From the human T2T-CHM13v2.0 reference genome, Homo sapiens: a stretch of 64,000 bases of DNA. Positions 1-21,554 of the stretch are shown piece after piece. The notes under the pieces were generated by a model that searched no databases, was not told the DNA's origin, and was given only the letters and a program-made list of their open reading frames with translations. The translations under genes and the position numbers were made by a program. Location: the NCBI RefSeq assembly GCF_009914755.1, contig NC_060946.1. The stretch is one strand, 5' to 3'. Position 1 is the first letter of the stretch. Every line of letters starts with the position of its first letter.

Positions 1-199
1 GGCCCCCAGCACCCTCCATGCTGTCAAGCCCAGCAGTCTATCCTTGGTCTTCACTTTGCCCCTCAGCAATAAGCAATACGCTGCCTGTTCCCCTCTCCTT
101 CAAATACTCTCTTCACTGTCCGTTTTGTTGTTGTTGCTGAGACAGGGTCTCGCTATGATGCCCAGGCTGTTGAGCTACTGGCCTCAAGTGATCCTCATG

Positions 200-1080
200 C
201 CTCGCTTCTTTTCACTGTCTTAACTGGCCTCTCCTTCTAGCTTCTTTTTCTGGTTTCAGCTCTCCAATCCCTAGGCTCATCCTTGGACTCTGCTCATACC
301 CAGAACCTCATATTTCCAAGATTCATATTTCCAAATGTCTACACAGTATGTCCATTTACACTGGCAAACTTAACATATCCAAAACCAAACTCTGAAAACA
401 CTTCCCTTAACAAACATTTCTGTCCCACCTGCAGACTTCCTGCTTCAGGTTACAGCCACTGCATCCTTTCCACTGTTTGGACCATAGTCCGGGAAGCCAT
501 CCTGACTCCTCTGCTTATCTCACATCCCATATTCAATGCACCAGGAAATCCGCCTCTGATCACTTCTCACCACTTCTGTGTTATGACTCCAAACCACCAT
601 TGTCTCTCCCTTGTTTTTCGGAGCGGCTCCTTTACTAGTCTTCCCAGTGCAGCCCTGAGACCCCCATGGTAGAATCCACACTGCTGCCACAGGTCTCAAC
701 TCCTCTGCCTAGATCCCTGCGGAGACTTCATATTCTTGCTCAGAGAAGAGCCTCTGCCACGGTCTCAAAGGCACACTGCCTCCCGCACCCTCCTCCCCCG
801 CCCCAGCTCCCAGGGGTTCACTGGGCACAGTAAGCACATGTCCATGCTCCAAGGCCTTCGCACTGGCTGTCCCCTCACTGCCGTCCAGTCTTCCCTCAAA
901 TGTCATCTCCTCACTGGCCCCCAGCACTCATCTTCCAACTCCTTACAGGACTCTGCCTTCTAGGCTCATCTTCAAATCTCCTATACTACTCACTCGTCTG
1001 TCTCTTTTACAAGAACAAATCTCCTTGAGAGAAGAACAGTGCCTGGAACATGGCAGGCACTCAATAAATGTTTGGTATGT
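200..1080 (+). mobile_element. Degenerate L2 LINE
   Basis: Ends with the L2 3' signature gcctggaacatggcaggcactcaataaatgtttg; pyrimidine-rich L2-like body. Confidence 0.7.
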
Positions 1081-1626
1081 GGACAAGTAAATATTAATTT
1101 GGGAAAAAATGTATTTCATCTAGCCTTTCAATTTAGGAAGCCATTTTCTATCTCTCAATGTCATTTTGTATCTTAAAACGTTTGTGATTTAAGTCTTACA
1201 AAACTAATTCATTTCTTGGTAAGATTACTTATTCCTGGATATTTATAACTTTTGATCCCACTCTGTATAATTCTCTTTTTATCATTAGATATTCTAATTG
1301 GCTATTAGTAGCAAAAGACAAATAATTTAAAATTGTTCTGTTATGAGGCCAATATAAAGACTCATTTTATTAGTTCTAAGTATTTTTCAGTGCTTTATTT
1401 GTTCCAAGAGCTTTATCCCCCTATGGTTTTTCCTAATATGAAATAATGTCACCTTCATTTCCTTTTTGCCTTATTTTCCAGTTTCTATTTAACTGTGTTG
1501 CAGAAATTCCAGAGCAACAAATTAAATGACAGCACCCATCATTGTCTTTTCTTGATATAAACCGCAACCAGGCTTAACTGTGAACTGTAATATTTGCCAC
1601 TGGTTTGAAAAAGACTAAGGACTCTA

Positions 1627-1957
<331 letters not shown>

Positions 1958-2152
1958 AATATCTTCCTATGGGCATTTTAAAAAAAGCATTTTTAATAGG
2001 AACTGATGTTGAATTGTCTAATGTTCCTTTTAAAACACCTAAGATGACTGTAGCTTTTCCCATCTAACTTCCTAGTATGTAAAGTTATATTAATAGATTC
2101 CCTTGTACTACACTTACAAGTCACATTTAATCATAATAAATTACTATTTTCT

Positions 2153-2468
<316 letters not shown>

Positions 2469-4610
2469 TCAAGTGTTATTATATTTACTAGTATTGTTTC
2501 TGATTTTTCTATCTTTATTCATATTATTCTATGCTTTTGTTACATTATTTTTCTTAGGTTTTCTTGTATTTTCCAGATACAATAACCCTGGCTTATATCT
2601 TCCTTTCAATTATAAATATTGCTATTGTTCTGTATAATTTTTCTTAAAAGCTCAAAACAATGCACCTACAACTAATTTAGAACCAAGAAGCATTTCTGAA
2701 GACAGCCTTTCATTTCTTCATTGGTTACTATTCTGTTCAGTTTTTCCTAATCCTATGGTATCAATTATGAAAGTTCCTATTTTCTAGAAAATTATTTTTT
2801 AGTATTTTGTTCTTTAGCTTAATAGTACAAACATTATATTGTACTGTTTGATGATTTTTTTCTGTCTGGGTTAAATGTTTTTCTAGATCTTTAAACTCTA
2901 ATTTTGTCTAGGTTTTTTCTTCCCAACCCCCAATTAAATATACCAAGTATATATTTCTCACACTTTGCTTTTCAAAGATCCGGTTCTTTCTTATTCATTT
3001 ACTTCTGCTTTTCATTGATTTTTCTTCTTGAATGGTTCTGCCTGCACCTGCTACCAGGACCAGTGAGTAATGAGTGTCAGGTCCCCAGCTGAAGGTGGTC
3101 AACTCTACTTGTCTGGTAAAGGAGCCCCACTGGGCGGTGGGTAGGAAAGAGAATGCAAGGCTCTGGTTAGGGCCTTGTAAAAGTCCTCACTTGAGGCCTA
3201 CCCCACACTTGGGCACCCTCATAGACATGTGCACCAAGTTCCAGAAAAGTCCAACTAGACTTCACTGTTAGTACTGTGACACAAGTAAGGGCCAATTACA
3301 CAATTTAATTATCAAACAATAACACAACACTAACCGTTTCAGCTTTCACAAATGTGGACTCAATCTATGGCCGCCACCAAGATGGGTTTGTTCTCCTTTT
3401 AACAGTCTACAGGGAATCTGCTAAGCATACACTAACAATGGATTATAGCTGATGCCACCTCCCACACCTCTCACTCCTGCCCTGTCCTCGCCCAGAGCTC
3501 CAGGCTCAATTTGAAGGTTTCTTGACATTTCTTCCCCTACCCCTCAAGCCAGGGGCAACTCCATTCTGAACTGGTATCCGTCCCCATAAGCCTGTTGTCC
3601 TTAGGGTCTCAGCAGAGGTGATACCTCTGACTATCTAGGCATCCAGCCAAGAATCTATCTCATACCTCTCTGTGCCCTATCCTAAGTATTCCCAAATCAA
3701 TCTCCTCTTCTCTACCTCAATTATCACAGGCCTAGCTCAGGCCCTGACAGTGTCCATCTAAACGACTGGAAGAACCTCCACTTCACTGAGCTGTCACAAT
3801 GACCTCTCTGTTGTGCTTCAAAGCTTTTAGTGGCTCCCTATCTCTTCCATGACAAGGGACTCCCTCAGTAACAGGGAGCACAAGCTTTCCATGATCCGAC
3901 TCTGGCATACCTGACCAGCCTCACTTTGTGCTGCTCCCTGCCTTGTCTATAAAGATCCAGCCATGGTGAAATGCCTCCAAATCCCCATTCACACCAAGAC
4001 TTTCTCACTTATGCTGTACCACCCTGCCTGGAAAACCCTTTGGTCCATTCCTGGACCAAACGGACTCAGACTCCTAAGTCAAGTCTAAATTGCACTCAAC
4101 CTGGTATCCTTGACACCTGAGTGTACAGTGCATGGGCAACCTTCCCCCTCAGTCTAAATTCATAAAATGTGCTTCTTTCCATGCCAAGTTTATTTAAAAC
4201 ACTGCAAACATACTCAAGGTCAAGTTGAGAAACTTTTCAATGGGCATCTGTGAGCTGATTTCTGGGGAATAAACAAAGTGTGCTTACGGACTTAGTGATC
4301 CGCTGATGAAGGTACTGATTCTGTTCAGCAGGACAAACAGCAGAACGTGGGAAGTTCTACATTAAAGATATAAACATATACCCCATGAGGGCAAGAGTGG
4401 GGAGACTGAATGCAGCTGGAGACAGGTAGTGGACCCGGTGACTGCACAGATCTTAAGGGACAGGCAGGGTGTGACTGATTGTGATGGGGTGGGACAGCCC
4501 AGACATAGGGCTGCTTTAAGGACCAAACAGTCCCACAGGGGACGTGGCGGTGCTGCTGATCTGAGCCAGGTGTCAGGGGCCCACCCACCCCAACAGGCAG
4601 TCCCACTCAC

Positions 4611-4705
4611 CGCCTGAATGATTCCGGAGGATAGAGACACACCGCCACTGCTCCACATTGGCAAGCTTACCACTGGAGCCGAACACGGTGCTGGGGCCGA
4701 TGTAC
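4611..4705 (-). CDS. HIRA: HIRA coding exon 5 (YIGPSTVFGSSGKLANVEQWRCVSILRNHSG); later exons lie left of the window
   Basis: 95 nt, CAG acceptor, GTGAGT donor, phase 2-1. Inside ORF 4573..4875. Confidence 0.98.
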
Positions 4706-6008
4706 CTGTGTGAGAAAGGGGCCAAAAAGGCACTCATGGAGTGCTCTGGGCACTGCATAGAAATGCTCCCTGCAGCCAGCTTATCAGGGCACACAGAACA
4801 AAGCAAAAACAAACAAGAACTGGAAAGCACTGGGTTGTTGAATAAAAGGGGCTGGTTAGGTGAATTATGATCCATGCACTTGATGAAATACTACACAGCC
4901 ATTACAAATCTTGCATGGGAAAACGTTCACAATAAGTGAAAGAAGCAGGCCACAGGACATCACATACAATATGATATCACTTATGTAAAGGAAAAAAAAC
5001 CACATGACATGGATAGCATCTATGCATGGAAAATGGATTAGAAGGACACACATCCCAAAATGTCAAAATATTAACTGTAGCTTTCTTTAGGTGGTGTGAT
5101 GAGGGATATTTTTTCTTTTGTATTTTTAGTTTTCTAAATTGTATACTAAATGTTACTTATGTTGGCTATTTAAAGAAGCAAAATCAACAGTATTTTATTT
5201 TTAAGCATCTCACAATGAATCAAATGGCTTTGACATCTGAGGCAGAGAAACCACGCGATCTATAGGTACTAGCCCCCACCACAGGAGCCAGAGGAGCATC
5301 AATCACCTGGGGCCTGGTGGAGGCAGTGCTGACACACCGATGATCAGAGCCTCTGATAACACCTTTTGCTCTTGTAGAGCTCATCACAAATCCACAGAAA
5401 GAGTGTGCTGAGATAGCCAAGTAGGCTGAAGAGACAGCCTCTGCCTCTGCTCTTGAAGCCACAGCCACAGGGCCACTCTTGGTGAGCAATGGTGCAGGGT
5501 CTGGTGCCCCAGACTGACTGGCCCAGAGACCTGGGAGCAATAGTTTTCCAGGTGATGGTTAGCTCCTTTTGAGAGTAGAGCAGAGGCTGCCCCAGGTGGG
5601 GACCAACAGAGAATAAAGTAATGGCAAAGAGGCTGGACTCTGGATCCCCTGCCCCAGATCCTGGGCAAGAACCAGAGCACCCTGACTTTTAACCATTTTG
5701 TATATTGGGCTTCCATGTGAAATTTCACTTGAAAAAACAAAAGCAACGAAGCCCCACCCACATCGGCACTAGAAGAGATCAGACTTTCCTTTTCAGGTGA
5801 GAGCCTGCAGTCCTGTGAGGGGGCAGCTGACCAGGTCTCCTGAATTCCTGGTCAGGCTCCACCTGCTCCTGACCTACATGCACTTTCCACTACTTATGAG
5901 GTCAGGGCTATGGGAACTTCAGTGACAGGGTAGGGAAAGGTGACTTTGATAAAGACCAGCAAAGCAGCTTCTAAAAATAAAATGTGAAGAAAGGAAAATG
6001 ATGCTTAC

Positions 6009-6099
6009 GTAGCCCGCTTCCACACCATAATCAGTTTGTCATCTCCCCCAGAAGCTAAATACATCCCACTGTTTGACCACCGCACACAGTTCACACATG
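6009..6099 (-). CDS. HIRA: HIRA coding exon 4 (ACVNCVRWSNSGMYLASGGDDKLIMVWKRAT), WD40 repeat
   Basis: 91 nt, polypyrimidine tract plus CAG acceptor, GTAAGC donor. Tail of ORF 6005..6247. Confidence 0.98.
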
Positions 6100-7307
6100 C
6101 TGGGAAGAAAAAAAAATAAGGTGATGAAAATCCAGTAGTCATGCCCATTTGCTTTATGTAGAGTTTGGCAAGATGTAAAGGGTTTATAAAATCTAATCTA
6201 TCTAATCTATTTAAGGCATCTACTGTGTGAGAGCCCCAGAAAAACAATTCAGTTTAAGCACTAACCTACTTGTGCTATAAAAACAAATTACCAGAACAGT
6301 CTGGAGGGGGAAAAATATACATTATCTGAGAATCGTTAGTGCTGAATGACATAGTCAATAGAAGGCTTCTTTCTAAGAAAATCAAAAAATGATAACCAAA
6401 TCTCATTATTTCAAAAGGGTCATCTATTAATGAGACACATTTCTGAGTAGAGATTATTCTCAAAAAAAGAGTACGTGCTAAAAAGGGTCAGATGCTTTTT
6501 CTAGATTTTTCAGATGAACAGTCTGTTACAGTATAAAACTCTGACTTCATCTCATCTGTCAGAGCCAGCCCTGTCACATTCGGATTTTCCAAACTCGCCA
6601 GCACTGCAGATTGACTGACTCTGCGCTTATAAGCTAAGATCAGCAGAAATTCCCCCAGGCCCCTGATGGGCCAGAGCCTCCAAGAGCACTCACAACTTGG
6701 CCTTTGGAAGACCTGAAAGATGGCTATCAAAGTTGTAGCCCCCACATGGCCCGTGAGTAACATGCTCCAGGTCTGAAGACACTGAGAGGCATGTTGAGAG
6801 GACAAGAACACACAGAGGAAAGGAAGGAGCTGATGTCCAAAGGCCAGTGACTGTTCATTAAGCATCTCAGGGGTGGGAAACTAAGGCACTACAGCAGGAA
6901 AGGAAACCATCACACTGTCTGATGGCCAAAAGGGTCCTGGCAGAGAGCCTCAGAGTGACACAGTAACAACCTGAGATGTTTTGGCAAATTGTCTCTTGCG
7001 CACCCTTCCCCAGAACCCTACTGTGTCCAGGTCGCTGGCCCCAAAGCCCCATGGAATCAGGCAGTAACGACTCATGAGCAGGAAATCACCAGAGGTACCT
7101 GCAGACTGTCCAAAGATGGTTCTGTGGGCGGGCCGAGTCTTCTGCTGAATAACTCACCCAGGTGTGCAGCCAACATCTGTGCCTTCAGACAGCAGGCCGA
7201 GGGGAGTTACCGCCGCACGGGGCCTTATCTTTCTAATTACAAACACATGTGCTAACCTTGGGCACTCTGCCAACACGCAAAGCCTGCAAAGGGCCACTCT
7301 GTAATAC

Positions 7308-7418
7308 CTAAGTGATTGTCCATCTGGCAAAGCATCTTGGGAATATTTTCATCCTTCTCGTCATCCTCCTGGAGGACTGGAGACATATTCCAGATCACAA
7401 CCTTCCCAGAATCCTGCC
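7308..7418 (-). CDS. HIRA: HIRA coding exon 3 (GQDSGKVVIWNMSPVLQEDDEKDENIPKMLCQMDNHL)
   Basis: 111 nt, AG/GT boundaries, phase 1-1. Confidence 0.97.
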
Positions 7419-8060
7419 CTGGAACAAAGGAGCAGAAATGGCTGAATGTGCAAGGAGTAGAAATTTGATATTAATATTTAATGTCAAATTAAATTAGGAG
7501 AAGTCCTCACTTAGCTTCCATAAACAATAATTAACTAGATCTAAGGAGACTGAATTTAAATTACTAATTTAAGTTACAGAAAAGATGATAAGTACTCATG
7601 GGGACGAAACGGAGCGGACTTAGCAGTCAGCAGAAGTCAACCTGACTTTACAAAAAGAACTTTAGACTAGCAATCAGGAGGGAACTGAGCTCTGATCTGG
7701 CCTCTAACACGGATCCACCAGGGGTCCCTAAAAGGTCTTCATCCCTGCCCAGCACCTAGACTCCGACTCCTTGACTCCTCATCTGTGAAATGAGGAGAAG
7801 GGAAAGTCAATGTCATAAGACCTTTTCTGTTCTGTGTACACCCTAAAAAGCAAACAGAAAAGCACACCCTAGTGGGGTTTCCCTCCCCTTCCAGGTGCTG
7901 CCTGGAATTTAGGCTGTTCCAGAGCCGACTGTTTTGAGACCCAAATGTACCCTGAACACAGGAAAAATGGCTCATTATCTTGTTATCCACCCTTTGCAGT
8001 TACCTACAGACGAGAGACCACCAAAAGAGGGGATTTAGGGCTCCCGTGGTCATGAGTTGA

Positions 8061-8407
<347 letters not shown>

Positions 8408-9540
8408 TTAGTAATGATTTCTAAGCTTTCCATCACTGATATCTAACGAAGTTTAGCCCCTCACTTAATTTTCCTATTATAATAGGGCCAAATCCAATGA
8501 ACATGCCAAAATTACCATAAAGCATGTTTGAAACTGCCTCTTGGCCAATATGTAAAAGTATTTCCAAAACATCTCTGCTGGACCAAGGTGGCAAAATGTG
8601 TGTCTTCTGGGTACAGGTGCGAACCCTCTGATTCCTTCAGCTAAGTCCATGTGTTCTCTCTCATGTGCTGCACCTCCTCCTCTCGGGTGCAGTCCACAGC
8701 ATGGAAGGAGAGAAAGGCTTCCCTGCCCACAGCTTCCCTACACTCCCTTCCAGCTCCTTGATTCTGGGTGGAAGCATCTGCTGGAAACCCACCCTGCAGC
8801 ACCTGGCCTGAGGACCTAGAGCTCACAAAGGCACTCTCTAAGTGCTGCCTGGGGAGGCCTGGTTGGAGGGAGGCCCCGCTCTGGGGTAAAGATGACAGAG
8901 GGCTGGGCTCTGTGGAATGCTACATTGTGTCACTATATATACATCTTGGTATTGTGGCATGAAGAACAGCTCTGTCTTTCCAAATAGAACCATGCAACAT
9001 TGCAAAAGATGCTGGCTGAAGCATAAGGGCAATACTACCAATAACAGTTTCAAATGGTGTGGGCTTTCTTACTTGCCCACAGTGTGCTTTCTCTTTAACC
9101 TAACTGAATTCCTTTGACGAGAAAATGGGCCTAATAACTACACGATTGCTTTAGAAGCTTAAATTACCCTCATTCCCTTTTTTCAGATGAGAAAAATGCT
9201 GACAGAGCCCTTGTCTCTGGGGCTGGGCTTTGCCCACTGGACCACCTACCGCTCTCGATGCTCTACAAGTTTGGGGATACAAACTGATTTTAATATTAAC
9301 TCAATAAACAGAAATTAGAATGATACATCCGCTGCCAAAATACTTACAGAGAGCACACTAAAGCCATAAAAGGATTTTGATTTTATTCATTCAGATAACA
9401 CATTATAACTGTACATTTTAAACAGCGTTGCATCCATCCTGAAAAATAGCAAGTATTCCCTCTACAGCTAAATGGACAGCAGGAGAAGAGCAAGGTGGCA
9501 GGGCTGTTAAGCTTTCCCTTTCTTTATTCCATAAACATAC

Positions 9541-9603
9541 CTTGTCCTCCAGTTGCGAACTTGGTCCCGTCAGGGTGAATATCAACTGAAAAAATCGGCT
9601 TGC
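9541..9603 (-). CDS. HIRA: HIRA coding exon 2 (GKPIFSVDIHPDGTKFATGGQ), WD40 repeat
   Basis: 63 nt, AG acceptor and GTATGT donor, phase 1-1, continues the exon 1 frame. Confidence 0.97.
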
Positions 9604-10860
9604 CTGGAAACAAAGAAAAAAAAATACAGTATCTAAATTGGCTTTTATTCATTGAAGTGTATCAAACTCAACAGATTCAGTTAAAGTCTAAACTGCTAGA
9701 AGATTCTCCAAACATCAGACAACTGAAAGTCCAACAGTGGGAGAAAGCATTCCATCACTGAGAATGGCTGAGCCCATAGGATGCCTGGGCATTTGTCTGC
9801 CATCTTGTAGGGATGTGTGTTTGTAATGGCTATGAGCTGTTCATGATTGAAGTTCTGAGTCTCAGGTACTTAGTGAAAAGGGCACACAGCTGTAACTCCA
9901 GACATCTCCCTATTGCATGGATCTGCACTTGACTGGCAGCCTAGACAGAAGGAGTGCTATTTGTCTTTTCTGGCTGACAGCTGAGCAGGACCAGCGCTGG
10001 CTGCAACCAAGGAGCATTGCTTCGCTTGTCATACTTCTGCTTCCAAACAGCCCTCTTTTGTTTGTGCTGTGAAGTTCCCATACCGTCTGCCATCTCAGCA
10101 TCTCCTCTGGCTGAACCTCCTTCACAGTTTGTACTCTATGTTAAATTAGCTGTTCAATTCCTCCAGGAGAAAGGACTGTGGCTATTAGTTCTTAGAAGCC
10201 CCAAAGAGCCCAGTATGGGCCTAGGCTTGCACTAGGATCCCATGAAGCTAGCTGGCTGGCTGGGTGGGTGGATCAGACCGGCAAAAGCACTGTAGGAGCT
10301 TGAAACCCAGCAGACCATAGAAGGCACTCACGCCTGGTGGGCATTTGTCCAGCTCCCTGCTTCTAGGACAAAGGTTTAAGAGCTACAAGTGGCATGTCAG
10401 TTGCTGTTGAGTTCATCACATCTTCAGCCTCTAGCACAGTACCCAGTGTACAGTAGCGCAGTAATATTTGTTCATTGACAAAGGAGATACATGACAATGA
10501 TCTGAGCATCAACAATTGCTGATATAGATGGGCTGTTGCCAAGAGTCTCTTAATTGAACATGTTCTGTCTCTGTCACCCAAGAGGAGGCAATGTGGACAC
10601 AGTACCAGAGTCACCAGCCCTAGAATCACTCAGCAAGTACTGGGATCAGGAGTGTGTGGGCAGGCAGTGGCTGTCTGAGAACTGTGAAGTCCTGCCAGGG
10701 CTCCCATGCAAGTGTGAAAATTAAATGCTGGTGCCCAAAAGGCACTGCCCAGCATGGGACCCAGGCAGCACCCAGCTGTGGAGAGCCGCAGCCATGTAGT
10801 CAAATCAAGCATGAACTTGAGATAAAATACACTTTCCTTCTTACTGGTCACTATGTAGTA

Positions 10861-11290
10861 TAGGTTGAGTATCCCTTATCTGAAACACCTGGGACCCGTT
10901 TTAACCAAAGGGAAATGACAGAAGTAATGTTGCTCCAGTTCCAGGTGTAGGCCTTAAGAGTCTAGCAGTTCAACTTTGGCTCTCTGGAGAAACCTAGTTG
11001 TCATGTGAGAAGTCCAAGTACCCTGAGACCACCATGTTTTGAAGAGGCCCAAGCTGGCCACATGTAGAGCATCAAAGAGCCCGGACAAGTGAGAATCAAG
11101 GTCACAGACACAGGCCTGGTGAGGTGTTCTATCCCCAAGCTATTCGAGCCATCCCAGCAGATTCCATAGAGCCAAGATGAGCTGAACCTGCTAAGTCCTG
11201 ACAAGCTGCAGAATTATGAGCAAATAATAAAACTGTTATTGGTTTAAGCCAGCAAATTTAGGGGTTTGTCATATAAGAGATAAACCAAAA
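10861..11290 (+). mobile_element. Tigger4/Zombi terminal fragment (10861-10897) joined to an MLT1 (MaLR) LTR fragment
   Basis: taggttgagtatcccttatctgaaa resembles the Tigger4 TIR; MLT1-type 3' end with aataaa...tttaagccagcaaatttagggg. Confidence 0.6.
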
Positions 11291-12420
11291 TGCCAATTCA
11301 TTTGCTTTTCTGCTTAAGCCAGCTTGAGCTGGGCATTTGTCATTTTAACAAAAAATGTTCTAGCTGACAGCTTTGGTCTTGACGGGCAATCAGGGCGGAA
11401 CATTCCCCTCCCCTTGGAGTGCTTTTCAGTTCCATAAGTCTGTGAGACATTGTATTACATCAGTCCCCTCAAGAAGCACACCAGAAACCCTTACCTGCAA
11501 GTCACAGTTCCCCTGACTACCCAAGAGCACGTACAGGCTGAGCCAGGCTGTGCTGAGGGCTCAGCTGCACAAGTAACCAATTACAGCCCATGCGCTTTAG
11601 ATCATGCCCACTCACAGCATCAACTGCATGTTTTCTCACTCAGTCTCTGTTTGCAGATTTCTACTATGTGCCAGGCATTAGGCTAAGCAATGAGAAAGTA
11701 AAGATACATAATCATACAAACTCCCCTAGTAAGATGTCCACTGATGGACACTTCACAAGCAGAAAGCCACCTGACTCAGCCTCGGGCTTCCTGCAGAAAT
11801 AATAACTGAATTGGGTCCCAAGGGTTGAGTAAGAGTTAGCCAGAAGATCGGGTGAAGGAGAGGGTTTTCAGGCTGAGGGGACGCACGGCATGGAATCAAG
11901 AAATAGGCTGATGTAATGTTGCAGAGCAGACTGCAGGTAGAGAGTGTGAGAAAGAAGAGGAGACAGAGATGGCTCAGCAAGCATCAGTAAGGAGCTGAGA
12001 CATTTCTCTAAAGGTACTTTCAAGGCAGGGTAATGCCAAGGTCAGATTCACATTCTGGCTCCACAATAGCAGTGTGGAAAATGGGGGTGGGGGCCTCAAG
12101 GCTCCAGGGGAAGGCAGGGATGGAGGCTGGCAACAAGTTTGGGTTTTGGCATTAAACATCATGGGCTGAATCTTTAGCCCTGCCACTTACCCAGCTACAA
12201 AGCCTTGAGATTTTATTTTATTTTATTTTTATTATTTTGAGAAGGCGTGCCTGGTTCATTGGCACCAGGTTTCCTTTCCTAGTGCTATGCAGATTAGATG
12301 AAATATGGTAGGGGACCTACACAGATACCAGCGCAGTGCTGGCTCCCCGCCTCCTTACAGCACTAGGCCTTTCCATCCCAAGGAAAGCAGTCACTCACAT
12401 TCCATTAGTGGGAATGAAAC

Positions 12421-12736
12421 TATTTATTTATTTATTTATTTATTTATTTATAGACAGAGTTTCGCTCTGTCGCCCAGGCTAGAGTGCAGTGGCGTGATCT
12501 CCACTCACTGCAAGCTCCGTCTCCCAGGTTCACGCCATTCTCCTGCCTCAGCCTCCTGAATAGCTGGGACTACAGGTGCCTGCTACCACGCCCAGCTAAT
12601 TTTTGTATTTTTAGTAGAAACAGGGTTTCACCATGTTAGCCAGGATGGTCTCGATCTCCTGACCTCATGATCCGACCACCTCAGCCTCCCAAAGTGCTGG
12701 GATTACAGGGGTAATCCCGGCCACCGTGCCCGGCCA
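12421..12736 (-). mobile_element. AluY
   Basis: Y diagnostics (ctgcaagctcc, cacgccattctc, gttagccaggatggtctcgatc); TSD ggaatgaa on both sides. Confidence 0.92.
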
Positions 12737-13560
12737 GGAATGAACCTCTTCTAAAGGGCTCTCTGAGGTGGAGCTAAGGAAAGGGACCTTCTGGCTGAGC
12801 TAGTTAGACAACTCTTCCTGTGGCACAGCATGATGATGACAAAGATGAGTTCCCAACTACCTCCAGTGTCTGGCCTTTCTTTGTAATAGAGACAGAAAGA
12901 AAAGACAAATTAACACACCCTAGACTCTAGAGACACCAAGCAATCACCTATCCTTAGATCAACCCCAGATCAGAATGTTGTCCCTGCACACCCAATACAC
13001 AGCCAATATAGTCAGCCACTGTCTACTGTCTGGGGATTTGCTGATTTGACAAGAGCAGCACAAATGCTTTCCACCTGGCAGGGAATAAAGAATACATTAA
13101 GGAAGCTGGGATTATGACAGGGCATGCTCAGGTAGAATCGTACCCTCCTTCACACTAGGGGAAAGATTCCTAGAAGAGGACTAAACATGGGAACTTAAAC
13201 TCTGAGCACAGAGAGGTGGCCAGAGGCAAAGCAGAGAGGGCACAATGGAGAGCTGCTGGCCCTTCCCTCTCAGCAGTCCCACAGACCTTTGGTTTGGCTC
13301 CAAAAAGTCTCTGGGCTTTTATGTTCTGATAGTTCATTGGGTAGAGCTGACTGGAACACATGTGCATATGTCCTTTTGGAATGAAGCTTGGGAAAGTTGA
13401 GGCTTTTGCCCAGTGAATGTTGCTCCTGGGAACACTTCCTGCACTGCCCAATAGAACTTGGTTTTAACCAATGTTGACAAATTTAGAATTAAAAATAAGA
13501 AAATGTTTGAAACATTTATTAAATGAAACAGTTACAGAACAATACTAAAATATAAGGTGG

Positions 13561-17750
<4,190 letters not shown>

Positions 17751-18997
17751 ACACACACACACACACACACACACAAGGCCTGTTTTTAAAAAACGATATA
17801 TATGTGTGTGTACTAATATATAAGGCAGTAGAGGTAAATATCCAAACACCAGAGGTTAGGTCATAATAAAAATGATTCTTTTCATGTGCAGGTGACAATA
17901 TGCACACTCTATAACAAGCAATCCCTCTGGAGAAACTCATCAGCCAAACACACTAATGTGACCTATATGCAAGTAACTCCTATGGCTGACTGCCTTCTAG
18001 ACACCTCACCCTGATCTTCTCTATAACGGTCTGATCTTTCCAAGAAACCTGCTCTACCCACTGTCTGCCCCAACACAGTTAAGGCCAGACCTTGAGAGGA
18101 GAGGCCAACAATCCTTGCACAATGGCCACCCCGCCCCCACGACTTTTCTGACCTCATCTCCTACTAACCCCCACCATCGCTGGTCTTCCTCTTTTCTTGG
18201 ACTGTACCAGGTGCGCTCCTATCTTGGGCCTTGTACTGACTCTTCCTTGCCTCCTTCAGGTCTTTGCTCAATGTCACCCTCACATTGAGGCCTACTCTAA
18301 CAACTTTAATTTAAAGGATTATTTCCCCAATGTGGCACAACAAATCCCCTTAGTCCTGATCTATTTATTTCCTCGGGAATTTCTTACATATTAATTTCCT
18401 TTATTGTATGTCTGTCTACTCTGCCCACTAGAATGTAAACTCCAGTAAGTAGATCAGCTCTTTTGTCTGTTTTATTCACTAATTCATCCTCAGGACCCAG
18501 AGCTGTGGCTTGGCACATAACAGGCACAACAATAAAAACTTGTTGCTGTTGAATGGCTGGAGAAAGCTCATGACAGAAGCACTACATTCAAACACCTTCA
18601 GTATCACTGGTGTAACAATCTTTGGAAGGCAGGCTCCTGATCTACTGCTGTGGGGACTCAGATTTCGCCAACTGCCTGCAGGTGGGAAGCACACCCTTGG
18701 CTGGTTCACAGCCATCTGCTGCTGTTATCTCTACCACTTTCGACCACAAAAACTTATCCCCATCTTCTTTAGTAAGCATGACACAATGACATCTCATAGG
18801 TGTCAGATGCCTAAGAGATTGAAAACATAGCACAGGAAGGAAGCTGTTGCACCATACAACCATTGTGTGTGTGTGTGTGTGTGTGTGTGCACGCGCCACA
18901 AACTAAAGTGGAAAAGTGTCACAGGTATATCATTTAGGAGACCTTAATCACTTCTCCTGAAGCATCTGCCAACATATAATCAACAAAGTTTTGAGAT

Positions 18998-20821
<1,824 letters not shown>

Positions 20822-20984
20822 TGACCCTACCTTCCCAACATACCCATAACCCAAACTTTCAGGAGAGATGCAAATGTTCCTTAACTTTATCAGGGAACAG
20901 GTTACAAAGTACATTAACTTGTCAAAAGTCAACACATTATACATTTAAGGTCTGGACATTTTATTTATACCTGAAAAGAATGTG

Positions 20985-20986
20985 TT

Positions 20987-21036
<50 letters not shown>

Positions 21037-21118
21037 TATATATATACATATATATATTACATATACATATAAACACATATATACATGTAATGTATTACAT
21101 AAACACACACACACACAG
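20985..21118. repeat. Compound (CA)n/(TA)n microsatellite; other (CA)/(TG) tracts at 17751-17774 and 18864-18888
   Basis: Read directly from the sequence. Confidence 0.95.
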
Positions 21119-21554
21119 AGTCTCCCCCACCAGCTCCAACCATTTCTTGCCATCACAGCCATCACCATCCTGATCCAGACCATCTCTTGCTTGGATTACT
21201 ACCAGTAGTTGGCATTATAACTGGTCTCCTGGCTCCTCCCTCCCTCTGGTCCCCCACAACCAATCTAGTCTCCACGAAGCAGTCAGAAAGATCTCTAAAA
21301 CTCACGTCAGATCACAGTAGTCCTCTGCTCCCCTTGCAGTGAGAATCAAGGCCTTCTAGTAGCCTACTAGGCTCTCCCAATCAGTCTGCTATTCACTCTC
21401 TGGCCTCCTCTCTCACAGCCCTTGCCTTGCTCCAACCACAATGACATCTGTGCTACTGCTCAAACCCTCCAGGCAAGTTCCAGCTCTTCTTTCTGCCTGG
21501 AATGCTCTTCCCTCAGATGGCACCTTCCTCATCTCCATGAGGCCTGCAGCGAAT

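Noticed and set aside
12210-12256. T-rich tail followed by gagaaggcgtgcctgg, resembling a collapsed Alu
   Set aside because: Too short to assign with confidence.
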